A stretch of 59,724 nt of DNA, counting the filler, from Platydemus manokwari (lineage: Eukaryota): the NCBI GenBank assembly GCA_037951405.1. It is 6 parts of 6 records of this genome, joined end to end, with 100 filler letters (N's around TTAATTAATTAA, not from the genome) between each part and the next. Parts side by side here need not be neighbours in the genome. Positions count along the whole stretch, not along the records: positions 50,881 to 59,724 come from JBBMOY011340538.1; 5 more parts are not named here. The stretch is one strand, 5' to 3'. A program made the translations under genes and the position numbers. Shown here piece after piece: positions 52,801 through 59,724 of this stretch. Numbering within the stretch: position 1 is the first letter of the stretch; every line of letters begins with the position of its first letter. Under the pieces are notes generated by a model. It did not search any database and was not told the DNA's origin. It saw nothing but the letters and a program-made list of their open reading frames with translations.

Positions 52801-54999
52801 CAGTCCCTTTATACTTCCAAAATCAAATTTTGACACCATTATTATCCTAGCACATTCCTAGATTAATTTAACAAGTTCACTGCCTTAGTCCAACTGAAAT
52901 GCTCGAATAACATTACCTGAGGTAATTATCTGGAAATACTCCATTTAGTTCCGACTAATCGATTGTATTTTATATAAGAGTTGCACCAGAACTATTTCTG
53001 TAATGTTTTCTTGTAATTCGTCATACGAATAAGGATCTGTAAGCTGATAGGGATCGGGTTTGGCCATAGAAATGCAACAAGAGCGTGAGTGGAGATCTAG
53101 AATAAAAAATGAGCAATATTATCGAATGATGTGCTTATGGAAGATGGTAAAACTAGATGTGAACTGTACAAACTTCGGGATTAATGAATCATTCTTTAAT
53201 TTAATGATAATATCAATTATTGGGTTGAATGGATAAAAATCCATTTTTAAAAGCTGCACGATAATTTAATATCTTTCTCAATTACTATGCACATTAATTG
53301 TTAATTAACAAATTCCGGGGATTACAGTTTTTCAAGTGCATAGAATATTAATTTATTATAATGAAGTTTAATATAATTAAATAATATATTAATTAATTAA
53401 GATAATATTTATAAATAATTGACTTCCCTATATTAAGGTTTGATAAATAAATAATATATTAAATTACAAATCAATTGCTCAAACAACGTGATAAAATCTA
53501 AATCTTCAATTTTTAATATTGAAATAATTTTATTTCAAAATTTGATTCCAGCTGGTATTGGAAATTATGACAATAACAACAATAATATTAATAATAATTA
53601 TTATTATGTTTCGTTTCGGGCTCACTACTTTTATTTCTTTTATTAATTATTATTTGATTTGACTGAATTCAACATCTTGATCAGTTCTCAGAGTGAGCTT
53701 GGACCCTCAGATATTAATATGACCTATATTCTTTGTTTTTTCAAATTATATGGAGATAAGCGGAACGGCGTAGAAATCGATTTATTTGACTTAAGCCGTA
53801 TCAATGTTCTTATTATTGTTTCATCGATGTTCTTGATTTTACTATTAGTTTCAATTCATTTAATAATGCAACGAGATCCTTCGTGAATATTGGGCAAGTG
53901 ACCTTTTCAAGAGGGTTTTCCGATAAATAGAGAGAATATGCGATATAAATATTAATATGATTTAAAATGTATTATAGTACTGTTTGTTGTTCCAAAAGAA
54001 AACACTGGGAATATTGTTGGAGCCCAAGGCTCACTGAACTTCACGTCCCAAAATCCCATCAAATAAACACCGCAGAATTACACTTAAACCAAATTAAAAT
54101 AAAAAAATCAAAATCAACAACTACATTAAAACCACTTTACTCCAAATCCCATAATATATGCACATACACACCTGAAAAAACACAACCTCTGATTATGTAG
54201 TGCTGCGGAAATCTAACCATCATTCTTAGCAATTAACAATTATCCTGCTGCTGACTTGACGTGACAATTAACAATCATCCTATCACTGTTAGAGCAACAT
54301 TATCTTGGTATAAATTGATCTTGATATTTAATCATCAACAACAATTAATATCTAACAATTATCCATCATTCTGTCGTTATCTTATTTTTGTATTATTTAT
54401 TGTTATTGTATAAACGCGGAGGAAAAGGAAAGAGTTGCCAAGTAATAAACAATTTAAAATAAATATAACAATATGACTAAAAATATAATTAGAAAGAATA
54501 ATATAGAAATAATTAAAATAATTTAGATTCAATATAGTCAAGTAAATTTAAAAGTACAAACAAATAATAAAAATCACTTCGATAAACAGCCAACGAAAAC
54601 GGCCAAAAAAGTCATCTCAAATTCTTTTAGTTCCATCAATATATAATGATACAACAGATTTATAATTATAGCAAATTAACCGACCTATATAATTGGCTAA
54701 AATTATTGTTACATAACTACTTAAATTTTATTGAATTGTACTAAAATTTTATTTGGGTTTCATTGTAAGTATTTTGTGTAGTAACAATAATATTATTTAA
54801 ATAAAATTATTTATTTTATTATTTATCTGTAATATAACATTCTTTTCATAATATACTTAAACCTTTTGGAATCAGATGCACTTATTAAAAAATATTCATA
54901 AAAATAAATTACTGCTCAAAATATTTAATATCATAAAATTTTCAATTAATTCTGATTTATATTATATTAAATCAAAAGCCTAGTAAACCCAAGAAATAG

Positions 55000-55440
55000 A
55001 AAATTTTTCTTCATACTGACCATGTTACACATGACAAGTTCAATAAGTTAATTTTGTGATCGAATTCTCTATTATCTGCCCCATCTTTTATAGTTCTAGT
55101 AATCTTAACATCTTGTAATGATTTTATGAATTTTTTATTTTTAAATTGAGTATGTTATAAAACTATACAAAATAGTCACGGGAACTACGTAAAAAACTCT
55201 CACACAGATTCAATAAGCGCACGTACAAATAACCTATGAGAAACTTCATTTCTTGATTATAATATCAAAACTCAATAATGAATTTTTTCGAGTTACACAA
55301 TAATTACAGCCAATTCTGACAATAATGCTCAGCATAATAATTTTGGAGTTATGCGTATCAAAGAATAAAAGTCGCATTTATAAATGATAAAATCATCCAA
55401 ATGTCTACAATAAGCGAATTAATAATTGTAAAATTTTCGT
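55000..55440 (-). mobile_element. Collapsed Gypsy pol relic
   Basis: HLDDFIIY and NYCVTRK motifs lie ~120 nt apart. Confidence 0.5.
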
Positions 55441-55568
55441 AATGTAATTCACTTTTAAAATATGTTTCATTAGATGATGAGTACTTTCAATAAAATCAAT
55501 AATATAACACATTCAGTTTTATATTAATAAATCTATTCATGAATATTAAAAATATATATATACATTGA

Positions 55569-57654
55569 TTATCTGAACCGAGACATTTCCTCCAAATACG
55601 ACTTCCTGCGTTTCGGAATTGAAAAGAACTTCCAAATATAAATGATGCCCTCATTATCAACAGTGGCCATTCTTTCACCACTAGCACTATTTCCCATACA
55701 CATAAATTTTGCTGTTTCTAAATAATTATTATGTTATCAAATGTCTTTTTAATCTAATTCCGTTGACAAATACCTGAAATTTCTTTTTCCTTATCGAGAT
55801 ATTCTTCATCGTAAAATGTGAATTTCGAAATACTTTCATCGCAAGTTAAAGCAACCAACATCCTTTTCAAATTGCTCCAATAAAGAAATGTGATCTAGAA
55901 TAATCAATGACAGACATCAATTTCCACAATTCCTTTGTCGATCAATATGTTTTACTTCTGATTTTGTAGTGACAGATCTGATATTGGTTTTCGTTTCCAT
56001 ATCAAAGATTTTTATTTTATTATTCTCATCGCCGGTGGTGATGGCCAAATGGTTCGGATTTTTTGGATTCCACGAAATGGCATTTATGCCACAACCGTTT
56101 TCAACGAAATGTGCAACCGGTTTCGATTGTAAACAATTATACAACCATATCGAAACACTTCCATCACACGATGCCACTGCCAAGTATTTCGAATTCGGTG
56201 ACGGTTCCATCTTCCAGATTTCCTAACAACCAATGAAACGATGAAAAATCCAAAATTTCAATTATCATTATATGATCACAAATAAAATGGCGGGATTTAA
56301 ATCAATATATGCTGGTACCAGAATTGTAATTACAAAACGAAACCAGACATGTGACTGTGGTATTTATAGTCTGATTTTTGATTGGTTCGTTTAATCAATG
56401 TAAAATTTAATCGATACAATACAACTAACTTAACATGTCATACCTGTTGATGAAATTCTGTGCATCCGATCAATGTTTTAATCAAATTCGTGTCATGATG
56501 TTCCATTTTACCGATTGCCGTTCCAACAGTCAATATTTTATTACAATAACTCATAGCTCTGATTCGCTTGTCATGTTCAACATCGGTATATGTCACATTG
56601 AGTTTTCTGACGATTTTTCTCTGGCAATAAATATATGATTCATTGTTCTCGACAGTCACTACCATGTCACCAATTTCCCAAATATCTATCTCACCATAAC
56701 TTGTCCCAACGGCAAGCATGTTTTTCCCGTAATTATTATCGAGCCATTTCACAGAATAAAATGATTTATCATTGCTATCATCGATATTATAGCTATTATC
56801 GCTGTCATCATCGATGGAACACAGTATGATAGAACATTTATTGATTTCATGCCATAACACCACCAAACTATCCAATACAATCGCCAGAAAGCCCTTACAA
56901 CTCCAATCAACGCAAATCACCTCATCACCGGTAAGTTCTTCTATACACGAATCCAATTTTCTTTCTGGTTTCTACAGATATAAATCAATAATTTTACGTC
57001 AGGGATTACAAAATCTTATACCGAGGAACATTCGAATAAACTGCCTTTGCGTTTCAATTTTCTGACTTTTAAGAAAGATTGCAACCTGTCGCCCATTGAT
57101 GGGGACTTTTGATTCATGTTATGTTTGATCATTCTGTTTCTGTTTTTTAATACAACTTTATCCACTAAATTGTCTGTATTACCCGAACGATCAGTGTGAT
57201 CATACGATTGATTCCAATTCATTTGATCATCAAACTCATCGTCTAATTTATTAAAATTCATTGCTCCTCTGTGTCCTATGAATCTTAACCGATACCAAAT
57301 GGATGAATAGCCAAAGTAACGTATTGAAAATCACCTATCACCAATATATCCACGCTGTCTTCTGATTGGATGATTTTGAATTACTCGTCTCGCATTTCTA
57401 ATTAATTCGATACTTTTTCGACGATTAAAAGAAGCACTGCAACCAACTATTAAACGATTTACTAAAGTTAAATAAATAGAACCGTGGTGTTTTATTGAAT
57501 GACTTTTCGGTTAAAACTATAGAATCATCTTTTTTACTATAAAATAAAAGATTTAAATGCTTTTTTATTTTTAATTGCTCTGGCTAAAACATTACCATTT
57601 GCTAGATGATTTTCGACGAGGAGTTTTTGGTTTCTGAAAAATGTCAATATACAT
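55569..57654 (-). CDS. CDC20: Divergent Cdc20/Fizzy-family WD40 APC/C co-activator, paralog 1 (orthology uncertain)
   Basis: Spliced model: KPKTPRRK..GDR|FIGHRGAMNF (C-box-like)..KPERKLD..VDWSCKGFLAIVLDSLVVLW..LAVGTSYGEIDIW..HDKRIRAM..EHHD..FHQQ|EIWKMEPSPNSKYLAVASCDGSVSIW..AISWNP..|ITFLYWS..MATVDNEGIIYIWKFF..EEMSRFR*. All introns are GT-AG and the frame is open. The start codon is tentative. Confidence 0.85.
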
Positions 57655-58522
57655 TAACAAATATTTTTATTAAAAATAGTCCAAAATTTAAAACAAATTA
57701 AAAGGTTTTTAATATATTTTCATATTTTAATTTAATTTCTTTAAGATAAACATTCTCAGCAATAGTTTATAAATAAATAAATTGGCAATGTATAAAACTA
57801 TTAAATTATGGAATGATTAATAACACTTATAAAATTTAATTCTAGAAAAATTTATTATATTATTGATGCTTTGCTAGAGTTTTTGTTCTAGTTAATAGAT
57901 TTAAAATTTATTTTACTGAGATATAATTTTAAAATTACTTCACAAACATATTTATGTCGAAAAAATAAAATCCCTAATCCCTACTTGATTTTTATTACTT
58001 TATTTCTGGTTGATAAATTACATAACCTCATCCAAGTTCATACACGAATTTACTATAATTGCTAACCAACAACTATTATATTTCAGTAAAACACACTACA
58101 TTCTATTTCATATATTTATAAAATTCAAACTTTTTGTTACACTTGAAAATAATAGTCTTACATAATGAAATTAAAAATTACATTTTATCTAAATCACAAC
58201 ATGAAATCCAAATGTTATTAATTTTCTAATTACATGAAAGTAATATTCGCAATTACAAATATCAGTCTAATTTCTAATAAAAACAGTATTTTTAAAATAA
58301 AAACATTAGGAAAGACAAGATAGAATTGACTGATAACATTAACATAGATATTCAATTAGTTATAAATAAAAACAAAATTCATTTTCCATGGTATTATTTA
58401 TTTTATAATACAATAAGGCTTATAACAATGATGACCAATCGAATAGAGTAAACAATATTTTCAAAAATGTAGAGATCGCCGTGATCAAATCAATTACATC
58501 TTAATAATTAAATCGAAAAAAT

Positions 58523-59128
58523 TCATCGCCAATTTTCTAAACTTTTTAGAAAACTAAGTTCATGATTTCGCCTATTTTTCAATTTCTTGATTTCGTTGCT
58601 CTTGAAACAGGTCCATAATCGAAGGAGTTCATCATGACCAATAGTTGCTACTATTTCACCAGTCGGACTCGGTACCATGTTGATGATTGGTCCTTTGTGG
58701 CCAGCTAAATCAAACATTAATGAAAAATTGCTTTCATGTAATATTTTAATGCGACAAGTTTCATTATCTTCCAAAGAAGCTATAGCGATCTCATCATATA
58801 TATCACTCCAATAGAGACATATTATCTGAATGTTGACCGAATCAAATTAATTAAATCACTGAGTGTGACTTACCTGATTTGCTGTGTTAATGGATTTTAT
58901 GCACGATTTCTTGCTGATATCAAACAATTTCAACACATCACTGTTATCAATGCAACACAACAAAATGTTGGGATGTTTTGGACTCCATACAAAATCATTA
59001 ATTTCTTCTTGATAAACGACGGTTGGTGACGATTCTAATTTATTCAACGACCAAACTGAAAGGCAATTATTTTGAGACAGAATTCCGAGTTCTTTCAGAT
59101 TTGATGACCATTTCAAATGACGAATACT
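58523..59128 (-). CDS. Divergent Cdc20/Fizzy-family protein, paralog 2 (last two exons; 5' part not found in window)
   Basis: SIRHLKWS..FVWSPKHPNILL..LKLFDI..CIKSINTANQ|IICLYWS..LAGHKGPIINMVPSPTGEIVATIGHDELLRLWTCF..LKSLENWR*. Two phase-0 introns fall at the same positions as in paralog 1. Confidence 0.85.
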
Positions 59129-59724
59129 CTGTGATAATTGTTTTAATTGACAAATTTACAAAAATGAAATTATTTTCTTTCATAAATACATAAAATTCAA
59201 TTACATCATTCATTTCATATTTTATTGATATTATTTGATCATATTTATACAAATATCATTGTTTTTAGTTATTTTTGTATGGATTTGGAGTTCAGATAAT
59301 AATGGGAAATGCAAACCGAATGATTCGACAATTACAAATGTGATAACAAAGACATATATATAGATTGGGTCACACTATTTTGTGCAATATTAGACCATAT
59401 AGACCAATGTCTTCATAACAATGTTGGAAATAATTATTTAAAATTTATACAGAGAATTTTAAACTCAAAATTCTATCTCACCATTTAGCTTGTATCCTCT
59501 ATATGCAATATAATCATATTATTACAAATATTATTTTTGCTCATGTCAATGACGTATTTCTAATATATGTTTAGAATAACATTAGCAAGAGCTTCAGATA
59601 AAAAATTAACAAATCTAATAAAATAATAAATAATCGAATTAATACTAAAAATAAAATCATAAAATGTTCGAATATCAGAAAAGTTCACAAATAAACAGCT
59701 ATCAATATTGGATTGGGATTTGGA

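Noticed and set aside
54014-54299. Solo LTR bounded by TGTTG...CAACA
   Set aside because: No matching target-site duplication and no second copy in the window.

Overview
Very AT-rich eukaryotic (invertebrate) genomic DNA with many 40-60 nt GT-AG introns. The intron style and the gene and TE repertoire fit a free-living flatworm (triclad planarian), but that is inference. The window is not contiguous: five identical 100-bp spacers (44N-TTAATTAATTAA-44N) join six contigs of about 9-11 kb, so adjacency across spacers means nothing. Genes reconstructed by hand: a secreted four-domain C-type lectin (all QPD/WND) with a head-to-head relic; a four-copy orphan ~120-aa family; an inverted pair of F-type lectin + PAN genes; an intronless orphan with a CRE/CCAAT promoter; two intronless adhesion/secretin-like GPCR paralogs (one with a somatomedin-B-like ectodomain, one with almost none); a three-repeat uncharacterised protein; and two tandem, highly divergent Cdc20/Fizzy-family genes whose APC/C-docking motifs are altered (C-box DRFIGHR; FR and WR tails instead of IR). 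The rest is mostly decayed Gypsy LTR, RLE-type (NeSL/R2-like) non-LTR and DNA-transposon debris, including an internally deleted pogo element with intact ends. No rRNA, tRNA or CRISPR features were recognised. I cannot demonstrate a new system from sequence alone. The best leads are the atypical Cdc20 pair, the long/short GPCR pair and the orphan multicopy family.
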